Source of the DNA: Candidatus Latescibacterota bacterium
GTDB taxonomy: Bacteria; Latescibacterota; UBA2968; UBA8231
NCBI GenBank assembly: GCA_965215195.1
Contig: CBDCDC010000002.1
Location: 736,001-800,000 of the forward strand
DNA length: 64,000 nucleotides
Reading direction: 5' to 3'
Shown: positions 37,475 to 45,916 of the stretch, in pieces
Layout of the letters: each line of letters opens with the position of its first letter
Numbering within the stretch: position 1 is the stretch's first letter
The notes under the pieces: model-generated
The model's input: the letters and a program-made list of their open reading frames with translations, nothing else
What the model was told of the DNA's origin: nothing
Database searches by the model: none
Translations under genes and position numbers: made by a program

Positions 37475-40105
37475 CTACTCTTGGAGACCCGCGAAGACCC
37501 GAACGAAGAGCAGGGAGTTGGTTTCGGTCGCTTCGGCAAAGGCCCGGCGCTCCCAGCGAAAGCCCGTGTTCATGGTCAGCGAATAGCCGAGATACGCCGA
37601 CTTGTTGGAAAGCTGCAAGGCCAGCACCGAGCCCGTGAAGTCATCGACGTACCCGGGCGGTAAAATTTCCGGGCGCTCTTCGAGGTTGCGGAAGAGGTTG
37701 AGCTCAACGCCGTATTCGATAAAGGTCCCGGGCAGGATGAAGTACTTCGAGGTCAGCATGTAAAACTGCGACCACTCGGTGATGTCGAGATCGGTGCTAA
37801 AGGTCGGGTTGATCTTGCGGAAAACGCTCTTGTAACGCGGCCAGAAAGACAGGTTGTCGGTAATCGGCAGCGGATAATCTACCTTGTTGATCGCGCCAAA
37901 AAAGAGGCGGTCGTCTTTGACCTCGGCCTGCTCGCCGCGCTGCCTAAACCAATCGTACTTCACTTTGTTGTAGATGTTCAGGTTTTGCAGGCGCAGGTAA
38001 TCGAACGTCAGATAGCCGGTCCAGACAAAGGTGTCTTGGGCGATCAGGGGGTCGATGGTTTCGCGGAATCCATCTGGATCGACCCATTGGATCACATCGT
38101 CTTCAATGTCGTCTTGCACCGAGCGGGCGTATTGGAAAGCCCGGGCCTCAATACCAGGCCAGCTCCACTGGCCGGTGAGTACCGCATAGCTCATCTGCGC
38201 ACTGCGCTTGGAGCTTGTTTCGTCGGCTGCGGAGTAGCCTACCGTCATCTTGATGGCTTCGGTCAAGTGAACGCCGCCGTACACGTTGTACCCATCGCGA
38301 TCGTGCCGGTAGGGGTAGTCGGCTAAGGTATCGTTCTCAAAGCGGTCGATGACGTTGTTGTTGTTCATGTCAACGCCAAAGAGGAACTCGGGCGGATCGA
38401 TGTTGTAGCGCAGAAACGGCTCGGCGAAATCCGGCTGGCCGTTGTCGTTTTGGTTGAAGTCCGAGATGAAGTCCGCGTTCTCGTCGTACCCAGGGAAGAC
38501 CTGCGGGTCGGCTGCGCCGCCGGTGCCAAAAGGCGATTCGCGAAAGACGAAGTCGCCGTTTTGCCACAGGCGTTTCCAGTCGGCAAAGCGGTCTTGGTCG
38601 TCGTTGTCGTCAACCGCCTCAAAGGAATAGCGCTCTGGATGTTCGTAGTCGATAAAACCCCGCGCATCCGAGATAAACGCATTGGTCTGGTATTCGGGCT
38701 CTAGGCGGTAGAATTCTCCGTACGCGAAGAACGGATACGCGTCCTGTGAAGCCGTGAGGTAGTAGGCCAAGCCATCGTCTTGGGCGAGGGTGTGATCTTG
38801 GAAGTTCTGGTTGGGAAAGCGGCGAAACGCCCGGCTGAGGGCAATCTCCGAGCGCATATTAAAGCCCTTAATATCGTCTATGTCGAAGTTGAGGCCGATG
38901 ATGTCCTTGCCGGTGGGCAGGCCGTATTCAAAGCGGATGAAGCGCTGATTGGAGCCATCGCTGACGTTGCCGTGGGCGCGCTCAACCTCCAAGAACACCG
39001 GCTCGCCTTGGGCGTTGACTTGGAGATTTGAGGTGATCTCGATTCGGTAGTCGTTGGCGATGACCAACTCAAACTCAATTTCGCGGATCTCCTGAAACGT
39101 GGTGATCTCGTCGTCGGGCTGTTGGCGGAAATCGCGGGCGATGTTGTAGGTCAGCTCCAACGTTTCGGCCCCATTGGCCTCGATGACGCCGGCGCGCCGC
39201 ACCCCGCCGCGCGGCGAGGGGACGATTTCGGGGTGATCGACTCCGTCGATGATAATGCGCTCGGCAAAAAGCTGGGCACCGCCTACGCCGTCTTCGGGCG
39301 AATCGTCGGACAGCCGCAGGACGATGGTCTCGACGTTGCCGCCGTTTTGGGCTTCGGTCAACACGCCTTTGAGCGAGTTGTCGCCCAGTTTGCGACCTGT
39401 GGAGAAGTTGGCAATGTTCAGATAGGTAAAGCCCAGTTTGGAGAAATCCCCGAGTTGCACTTTAGTGTGCGCACCGAAGAGATTCGTCATGTCGCCTAAA
39501 ATTTGGCCGATCGAGCTTTCATTATCTACGCGCGTACCCGGGGAGGCCAAGCGCGATGCCAAGAGAGTCATCTGGTACTTGTCGGCGGCAAAGTCCCACT
39601 GCACCCCATTGAAGGTTGGCTTGGAAAAGGTCAGGGGCGTCAGGGTGGTGCGCAGGGCCTCGCCAATGGTCATTGACGAGTAAAACTGCCCCTTGGACAT
39701 GGCCGAGACGAGCACACTGTTAAACCACGACGAATACTTAGGTCCTTTGCGCACCGTGCTGCCCGAAGTCACTGGACTATCGACCGACCAGTTGTACACC
39801 TCAAAGCCGCGCGTGATGTAGTTGCCGTACAGGTCGTAGGTGCGAAATCCCTCTAGCTCGGTCGCTACGTAGCGCTCGTAGTTTTGGCGGGCGTAATTGC
39901 TGTATTCTTCGCCAGTCCAGCGATAGAATTGGTACAGGCTTTGCGGATACTGCCACTTCCGCTGCGCCGGCGTCATCGCCATCTCATAGACATCCACGCC
40001 GCGCGGTTCGCGTCCGGTGAGAAACCCGACCCGTTGGGCAAAAGCCGCATCGCACAGGAGTGCGACGCCGGCTGTGACAACTGCTGCGTAGAGCATGCGA
40101 CTCAC
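37475..40105 (-). CDS. Large exported protein, probable outer-membrane beta-barrel with Asp/Asn-rich Ca-binding loops
   Basis: Signal ..AAFA|QRVG; alternating aromatic strands in the C-terminal third, ends FVRVFAGLQE; DDNDDQD, DFNQNDNGQPD, DMNNNNVID motifs. Confidence 0.7.
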   Translation of the reverse strand: MSRMLYAAVVTAGVALLCDAAFAQRVGFLTGREPRGVDVYEMAMTPAQRKWQYPQSLYQFYRWTGEEYSNYARQNYERYVATELEGFRTYDLYGNYITRGFEVYNWSVDSPVTSGSTVRKGPKYSSWFNSVLVSAMSKGQFYSSMTIGEALRTTLTPLTFSKPTFNGVQWDFAADKYQMTLLASRLASPGTRVDNESSIGQILGDMTNLFGAHTKVQLGDFSKLGFTYLNIANFSTGRKLGDNSLKGVLTEAQNGGNVETIVLRLSDDSPEDGVGGAQLFAERIIIDGVDHPEIVPSPRGGVRRAGVIEANGAETLELTYNIARDFRQQPDDEITTFQEIREIEFELVIANDYRIEITSNLQVNAQGEPVFLEVERAHGNVSDGSNQRFIRFEYGLPTGKDIIGLNFDIDDIKGFNMRSEIALSRAFRRFPNQNFQDHTLAQDDGLAYYLTASQDAYPFFAYGEFYRLEPEYQTNAFISDARGFIDYEHPERYSFEAVDDNDDQDRFADWKRLWQNGDFVFRESPFGTGGAADPQVFPGYDENADFISDFNQNDNGQPDFAEPFLRYNIDPPEFLFGVDMNNNNVIDRFENDTLADYPYRHDRDGYNVYGGVHLTEAIKMTVGYSAADETSSKRSAQMSYAVLTGQWSWPGIEARAFQYARSVQDDIEDDVIQWVDPDGFRETIDPLIAQDTFVWTGYLTFDYLRLQNLNIYNKVKYDWFRQRGEQAEVKDDRLFFGAINKVDYPLPITDNLSFWPRYKSVFRKINPTFSTDLDITEWSQFYMLTSKYFILPGTFIEYGVELNLFRNLEERPEILPPGYVDDFTGSVLALQLSNKSAYLGYSLTMNTGFRWERRAFAEATETNSLLFVRVFAGLQE

Positions 40106-40144
40106 GCTGGAATCCTCCCTTTTGGATTTTTGCCGATCAGCACA

Positions 40145-42100
40145 TCAATAGGCCACGCCGACGACGCCAACCCGCCTGAAGTTGCCGATCCCGCTGTCAA
40201 CCGAGAGCGAGACCACGTAACTGCCCGGGGGCACGGCCTCGTCGGCATCGCTGCGCCCATCCCACATCTCGGTGTAAATCCCGCCGATCTGCTCGCGGTC
40301 GGCCAGCACGCGCACCAGCCGCCCCGCCAAGTCGTAAATGGCGACCTCAATGGGCTTGGGCTCGGAAATCTGAATTACGGTGTACTGGATGGCGATGCGG
40401 TCGTTGATGCCATCGCCATTCGGGGTGAAGACCGCGGGATTAAACTCTATGGCGCGGACGATTTCGCCCACGGATTTCTGGGTCAGGGCCACGCGCAACG
40501 AGTTGGTGCTGACGGCGAAATTGGCATCGCCTTCGAGTACGGGCTGGCCGAGAATATCGGACTGAGTATCCCAGACCGTGCCGGTGAAAATCGTGCCGAA
40601 TACCACAGCCGATCCCTCGAAGAGCACGCGCAGCGGCACATTGTTGTCAAAGGTTATCTTGTTACTGGTGAAAATCACTTCGAGGCTTCTATCGCCCGCG
40701 CTCACGCGATCCGCCTCCACGGGCACGAGCGGATCGCCCATCTGCAAGCCGACAAAGCGCACCGGCGTCGGCGTGTCGATGCGCAAGGCATCAAAGCCGT
40801 TCTGGTTGGCATTGCTGATTACGGCCCGCACGTCATAGGCGAAGAGCACCTCTTCACCCCCGTCGATACTCGGCAGCACAACCGCATCGTCTTTGTCGAT
40901 TACGCCGATGTCGGCCGGCGGATTGGGCTCATCGGCCAAGGAGATCTCGCCGACGACCGCCGCGGCCGGGGGCAGCGAATGCTCAATCCGCAATGAGTCG
41001 ATGCGCACCGTCTGGGTCACGGATTGGCTCTCCATGACGATCTGTAGCTGAAAATAGGGACGCGGGCTAGGCAGGGGGATCAATTGCCCGGATTCGAGCG
41101 GCAACGACCAAGGGCTCCAGTTATCGGAGTCGTCCTCAATGTCGCCCTTCTGGCCCGAGGGCAGCTTGTTGTAATCTGCTTCCGAGACCACCACTTGGCT
41201 CACGGCCCGCGTTTCGTTGTCAATGACCTTTTGGAAGTGAACCAGCGGGCTGTCGTCTTGGCCTGTCTTCATGCGCACCGCAACCGAGGTCTGCCCCTGA
41301 TCTGGCAGCTCGATCAACTCGCCTTCTACCAGTTCCAGAGCGCGCTGGGCCCAAGCGATGGTGCCGTAGTTGGAGACCTCGCCCAAGTCGATGACTTGGC
41401 TCCGATACGTGGCCCGCGGCACGAAGCCGTTGCCGTAGAGCTCAAATTCGGCGATCTCAAAGGGATTCCGCGACCCGACCCGCAGCAGAATAAAGCGAAT
41501 GAACTGCTGGGGGAATTTCATGGTGAAGACGCTGTTGGAGTTAATCGGAATATCGCGCAGCAAGGTGAAGAGCGGCTGCTCGTTCACATAGGTCAGCCCG
41601 TCGCTGACGGAAATCCGGTGCTTGCGGACAAAGTCGGCGCTAAAGGGCTTGCCGTTGGCGTACGTCCCCTCCTGCCGGGGAAAGAAGACCAAGCTGTCGG
41701 CTGGCACGCGCGAGCCCATATCTAAAAAGAACGTGCGCCCGTCTTGATCGACGCCCGCGGTTTTGAAGAGGTCTGCGGTACTCGTGGTGTCGTCGCCATC
41801 GACGATCGACAACGAAATGGAATTCTTAGCCGCGGTATTGTCCCACAGGGCCGCATTGCCCTCGCTGACCAAGTCGTTGGGCTTGCCGTATTTCCAAGAG
41901 AGTGAGGTGATGATGTTCTCGTCGGGCGTAAAGCCGCGGATCTGAATCGCGCCCGAGCTGCTCTCGTCGTCGATCTGGGCGCGGACCTGCACGAGCTCCC
42001 CCCAAGGAAACCCATGCCCCCCGAGCACCCATTCGTCGGCGGCGAGCCCCTGCGCACAGACGCACAACAGCGCCGCAATGCGGGCCGTCCGCGGATTCAT
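40145..42100 (-). CDS. Secreted discoidin/FlgD-Ig family protein ending GVAY
   Basis: Signal peptide; WVLGG, IVDGD..FLDMG, YRSQVIDLG, WSPWS, FTPNGDGIND, WDGRSD..VPPGSY. Confidence 0.85.
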   Translation of the reverse strand: MNPRTARIAALLCVCAQGLAADEWVLGGHGFPWGELVQVRAQIDDESSSGAIQIRGFTPDENIITSLSWKYGKPNDLVSEGNAALWDNTAAKNSISLSIVDGDDTTSTADLFKTAGVDQDGRTFFLDMGSRVPADSLVFFPRQEGTYANGKPFSADFVRKHRISVSDGLTYVNEQPLFTLLRDIPINSNSVFTMKFPQQFIRFILLRVGSRNPFEIAEFELYGNGFVPRATYRSQVIDLGEVSNYGTIAWAQRALELVEGELIELPDQGQTSVAVRMKTGQDDSPLVHFQKVIDNETRAVSQVVVSEADYNKLPSGQKGDIEDDSDNWSPWSLPLESGQLIPLPSPRPYFQLQIVMESQSVTQTVRIDSLRIEHSLPPAAAVVGEISLADEPNPPADIGVIDKDDAVVLPSIDGGEEVLFAYDVRAVISNANQNGFDALRIDTPTPVRFVGLQMGDPLVPVEADRVSAGDRSLEVIFTSNKITFDNNVPLRVLFEGSAVVFGTIFTGTVWDTQSDILGQPVLEGDANFAVSTNSLRVALTQKSVGEIVRAIEFNPAVFTPNGDGINDRIAIQYTVIQISEPKPIEVAIYDLAGRLVRVLADREQIGGIYTEMWDGRSDADEAVPPGSYVVSLSVDSGIGNFRRVGVVGVAY

Positions 42101-42846
42101 TACGGCGTCTCCGCACGGGGATGAAGCGCGTAGTAAACTTCGCGTTGGAATTTGAATGCTAGATCAATGGTCTCCACCGGTTCGCCCTTGTAGTCGAAGC
42201 GCAAGGCCATGTCCGGCACGTTGACGGTGAAGTTACTCACGTCTCGGTGCAAAACCGGAAAGACGATGTACCCGGCTGACTCCTGGCCGGAAAAGACCAT
42301 GTCGGGCGGATAGACGGTGCGTTTGAGCAGGTCGGTGGTAGCCTCAAACTGCTGCCGCTGGTTGCCGGCATACGCCCGCAGATACGGGCTGAAGTGATCT
42401 TCGAGCAGTCCGCTGTCGAGCGCGTTGTACACTCGGTTGTTCGACGCAACGATCGCGAGCGCCTTGGGATCGATGAAAACCTTGGGATACTCGTAGTTTT
42501 TGACCTTCAGCAAAACCACGGTAAAGCGCTCTGGGGTCCAGTCTTGGCCCCAAGGCTTCCAATTGCCATAGGTGTATGGATTGGTCGATTCAGCGCCCTT
42601 CCGCGAATCGGCCGCAAACTGGCGGTTGAGGAATCCGTCATCCAACACCTGCAGCGAGATCTCCAAGCGATCTTTGGCATAGACGATCGCGCCGTCGTCG
42701 AGGACGGTCATGGCCTCGTCTTGTTGCGGAACGGGCTCGGGGAACGTTGCAAAGCGCCGCAGCCCCACCTGCGAGATGCACCCGGCAAGCACAAACAGAT
42801 AAAGGGCCGACAAAAGCCCGCTCGTTGCGATGTTCCGTATCCTCAT
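42100..42846 (-). CDS. Conserved hypothetical lipoprotein
   Basis: ATG 42846; lipobox FVLAGC; NPYTYGNW, FTVVLLKVKNYEYPKV, GYIVFP; stop overlaps next ATG. Confidence 0.8.
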   Translation of the reverse strand: MRIRNIATSGLLSALYLFVLAGCISQVGLRRFATFPEPVPQQDEAMTVLDDGAIVYAKDRLEISLQVLDDGFLNRQFAADSRKGAESTNPYTYGNWKPWGQDWTPERFTVVLLKVKNYEYPKVFIDPKALAIVASNNRVYNALDSGLLEDHFSPYLRAYAGNQRQQFEATTDLLKRTVYPPDMVFSGQESAGYIVFPVLHRDVSNFTVNVPDMALRFDYKGEPVETIDLAFKFQREVYYALHPRAETP

Positions 42847-42883
42847 TGAGAATGCCTTCCTGAAAGCGGTGCAGCGGCGATAG

Positions 42884-42920
42884 ATAAAGAGAGATGAAGT
42901 CGCCCTCACCTCTCTTTATT
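42884..42920 (-). terminator. Rho-independent terminator or stabilising hairpin after the CBM9-like gene
   Basis: ATAAAGAGAG (42884-42893) / CTCTCTTTAT (42910-42919) inverted repeat. Confidence 0.6.
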
Positions 42921-42969
42921 TACCTGCCTGCGCACAAGGTGCGATCTAGCAAAACGCGCCAAGGTGCGC

Positions 42970-43875
42970 TTATTGGATCATATAGCCTTTGATCCGACCC
43001 CAGCTATCGGCCTCGACAGCCGTATCTTCCGCCGTGCCGCCCGTGCCGCCCGTAGCACCTTCGGTCTCCACCGTGATGAAGTCCGAGCCGTTCGAGTTGT
43101 CTTGGAAGGCACCGTTGACCGGCGTCGTGCCCGGCTGCTTCTCGCGGCCTACCTCGGGATTCTCGGTCTCGTCAAACTGGAAGGTCAGACCGATGATCTG
43201 GTCGGGGGCAAAATTGTGGCGCGCACTGCCGTCGGGACCCGTCTTGTCGTGGAAGGTCCACACGGCCTGCTTGACCTCGTAAGTATAGGTCACCGAGCTA
43301 CCAGCGGGCTGCTCCAGCGGACGGGCGTCCGGCGGATCGAGGGTCCACTCATAGACGAACCAAGGACGCTCGGTGGACCACAGGATGCTCTCCTGCGGCA
43401 CGTTGAAGATCCAAGTGTCCTTCTGACCAGCAGCGGGCAGAACGCGGATGCCGTACTGCTGTCCAGAGGTCATTTCGGTCTCGTTGAAGTTCTCGCTCGA
43501 GTGGTCGGCATCGACGATGATTTCCAGCGAGTCGTCCTTCCAATACTCCTGCGGGTTCTCGACGAAGAGGCCCAGCGAGTCATCGGTAACTCGCGAAAAG
43601 TAGTAGAGCGAATTGTCCGGTGCCGAGCTCCAAGCCACGTAGAGAATGCAGTCCCAGTCGTCCTTGGCTGGGGGCCACTCGCTGCCGAGAATTTCGAACA
43701 TGGTGTCCGGGTTGATGGCAAAAGCCGGATCAATCCAACCCCAGTCGTCGTCGTTGCCGTCGATGACCATGTTGTCGGGGTTGGGAATCTGCGGCATGAA
43801 ATAGTTAGCTTGGTGCGCGAAAGCCGCCGAAGCAGCCAGCACCGCGACCAAGGAGAGAAGAGTCAGTCTCTTCAT
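42970..43875 (-). CDS. Secreted CBM9/DOMON-like protein with C-terminal AVE..SWGRIK motif
   Basis: GGAGG RBS; signal ..SAAFA; VIDGNDDDW, YVAWS..LYY..VTDD, DDSLEIIVDADHS, YEVK; G/T linker then AVEADSWGRIK. Confidence 0.82.
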   Translation of the reverse strand: MKRLTLLSLVAVLAASAAFAHQANYFMPQIPNPDNMVIDGNDDDWGWIDPAFAINPDTMFEILGSEWPPAKDDWDCILYVAWSSAPDNSLYYFSRVTDDSLGLFVENPQEYWKDDSLEIIVDADHSSENFNETEMTSGQQYGIRVLPAAGQKDTWIFNVPQESILWSTERPWFVYEWTLDPPDARPLEQPAGSSVTYTYEVKQAVWTFHDKTGPDGSARHNFAPDQIIGLTFQFDETENPEVGREKQPGTTPVNGAFQDNSNGSDFITVETEGATGGTGGTAEDTAVEADSWGRIKGYMIQ

Positions 43876-43937
43876 TAGGAAACCTCCAATGGGTGAGATG
43901 GAATGGATTAGGATAAATGGCCACCGAAACTCGGCGG

Positions 43938-44106
43938 TAAAAATAATTATCGGTAATCTATGGAGTTTCAGGTGGGCCGAGTACCTCAGAGTAAATGGTG
44001 CAAAACCTCCTTTGGCAAAAATTATTTGCGAAAAATAGGAGGTTCAATTTATGGGCCATCCGCATGACTGTCAAGGCATTTCACTTAGTACCGATAATTA
44101 TTTTTA
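43938..44106. promoter_or_regulatory. Perfect 18-bp inverted repeat pair bracketing the cluster promoter
   Basis: TAAAAATAATTATCGGTA (43938-43955) and TACCGATAATTATTTTTA (44089-44106). Confidence 0.85.
44046..44074 (-). promoter_or_regulatory. Sigma70-type promoter for the envelope cluster
   Basis: Minus strand TTGACA (44074-44069), 17 bp, TAAATT (44051-44046). Confidence 0.65.
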
Positions 44107-44142
44107 TAAATAGTTATTGCTTCCGCTCCCACCCTGCCCGCA

Positions 44143-44170
44143 TTGACAATCCCGCTTTTTTTTTTACACT
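44143..44170 (+). promoter_or_regulatory. Sigma70-type promoter for the ABC operon
   Basis: TTGACA (44143), 16-bp spacer containing a T run, TACACT (44165). Confidence 0.6.
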
Positions 44171-44206
44171 TGGCCTTTTCGCCTCGCATCCTCAACGGGT
44201 TTTTCT

Positions 44207-45916
44207 TTGCGCGATCTATCTACGACCCTCGCCGTCCTCGCCCTGATCTTGGTCGGCTGGTACGCCCTCAACCGCTGGGTCTTATCCGTCTATCCAGACG
44301 ACCCGTCCGCTGGCGGCGAGTACACCGTCATCCGCTGGGCCTCCGACCCCAATCCGGCGCGCACCGAACAAATGGCCCTCTTCAATCGGCTCTACGAAGA
44401 CAAGAAAGTGCGCGTCGTCCTCGACCCGAGCGCGGACGTGCAAAAGATCCTCACCCAAGCGGCGGCTGGCTCCGGGCCGGACGTCTTCGACATCTACAGC
44501 TATGCGACCTTCGCGCTCTACGCCTCCAAGGGCGTCATGGTCGAGCTGAACGACTACATGCGCGAGGCCAAGCTGAGCCTCGACGACTTCTGGCTGCACC
44601 GGCGCAACGCCCTCGCCGTGCCCGTGGCCGACGCGCCGGCCGCAGCCGACGAATACGAGCGCTTTCGCATCTTTGCCGTCCCCAACAACGTTACCACCAG
44701 CGTCACCTTTCTCAACCGCTCGCTCTACGACGCAGTCGCGCGCGAGCGCCAAACGCACAACTTGGCCATGCCGCCCCTGCCGTGGAACCACTGGACTTGG
44801 TGGGACTACGTCCTCTTGTGTCAGGCCCTTACCAAAAAGAGTGCCGATGGCCGACGCTACGAGACCTTTGGCTCGGGCGGGCCGGGCTTTGGCGGGGGGC
44901 TGAACAACTTCATCTACCAAGCCGGCGGCAGCCTCCTCAACGGCGACGGCACCGAGATCGCCCTCGATTCTCCGGCTGGTGCCGCAGCCGCCCAATATCT
45001 GTACGACCTCGTCAACACCTTCCACGTCGTGCCCTCGGCCGAAGACCAGTCCGCGCAAACAGGTGGGGGTGGTTGGGGCGGGCAATCCATCCTAGGGCTG
45101 TATTCGGCGGGCAAATTAGGCACCATCCTCATCGGCCGCTGGGGGCTTATTAAGGTGCGCCGCGAAGCCCGCTTTACCACTGAGATTTATCCCATGCCGC
45201 GCTACGTGCCCTACGAGGAGTGGGAGCGCTGGATGAGCGACCCCGAAATGCGCACCAACCCGAGCCGGCGCGACGGCCCTTGGGGCGAGATCCGCGAGAC
45301 TGGCCGCGACCGCGGCAAGGCCGCCGAGATGGGCGGGCGGGTGACGGCCATCCGCAAGGGCACCCAGCACGAGCGGGAAGCCTTTTACTTTTTGGAATAC
45401 TTGTCCAGCCCGGATTTCAACAACTTGTTGACCAAAGACGCGGATGCCTTTGGCAGTCGCAAGCAGTTTTCGGTGCGCTATTTCTCTCGGCCCGATCCCG
45501 AGTTCCCCGACGAGGACCAACACCGCTCGGCCCTACTCGACGCCATGGAGCACACCGTCGCAGAGCAGGCCGCGGCCTACGGAGCTGCCTTTGCCATCAC
45601 CCGTTTGCAGGGTGCGCTGAGCACCAACCTCATCAACGCGGCTTACCAACCCGCCGACTCAACGGCCCGCCAGACCTACCGATTCCTCGGCCGCATGCCC
45701 GACCAGAGCGCGGTGAGCAACCCCGCGATCGGCCGCGCGGCGGTCGCCGAAATGTCCGCCCGCATGCGCGAGTCCCTCGCCAAGGCCAAGCGCAACCGCA
45801 CGCTCTCCAGCCGCAGCCACGCGCTCGACCTCCTCGGGATCGCGGCCCTCCTAGTGGCTATCGGCGTCGGCCTAACGTTGTACGCTCGGCGGCAACGCAC
45901 GGAGATGGACGCTTGA
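44207..45916 (+). CDS. Carbohydrate ABC transporter solute-binding protein with N- and C-terminal TM helices
   Basis: KILTQAAAGSGPDVF, IFAVP, WTWWDY, EAFYFLEYL; hydrophobic segments at both ends; TTG start. Confidence 0.85.
   Translation: MRDLSTTLAVLALILVGWYALNRWVLSVYPDDPSAGGEYTVIRWASDPNPARTEQMALFNRLYEDKKVRVVLDPSADVQKILTQAAAGSGPDVFDIYSYATFALYASKGVMVELNDYMREAKLSLDDFWLHRRNALAVPVADAPAAADEYERFRIFAVPNNVTTSVTFLNRSLYDAVARERQTHNLAMPPLPWNHWTWWDYVLLCQALTKKSADGRRYETFGSGGPGFGGGLNNFIYQAGGSLLNGDGTEIALDSPAGAAAAQYLYDLVNTFHVVPSAEDQSAQTGGGGWGGQSILGLYSAGKLGTILIGRWGLIKVRREARFTTEIYPMPRYVPYEEWERWMSDPEMRTNPSRRDGPWGEIRETGRDRGKAAEMGGRVTAIRKGTQHEREAFYFLEYLSSPDFNNLLTKDADAFGSRKQFSVRYFSRPDPEFPDEDQHRSALLDAMEHTVAEQAAAYGAAFAITRLQGALSTNLINAAYQPADSTARQTYRFLGRMPDQSAVSNPAIGRAAVAEMSARMRESLAKAKRNRTLSSRSHALDLLGIAALLVAIGVGLTLYARRQRTEMDA

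Noticed and set aside
45220-45912. 614-aa permease ORF start
   Set aside because: Overlaps the binding-protein gene; permease similarity begins at TTG 45913
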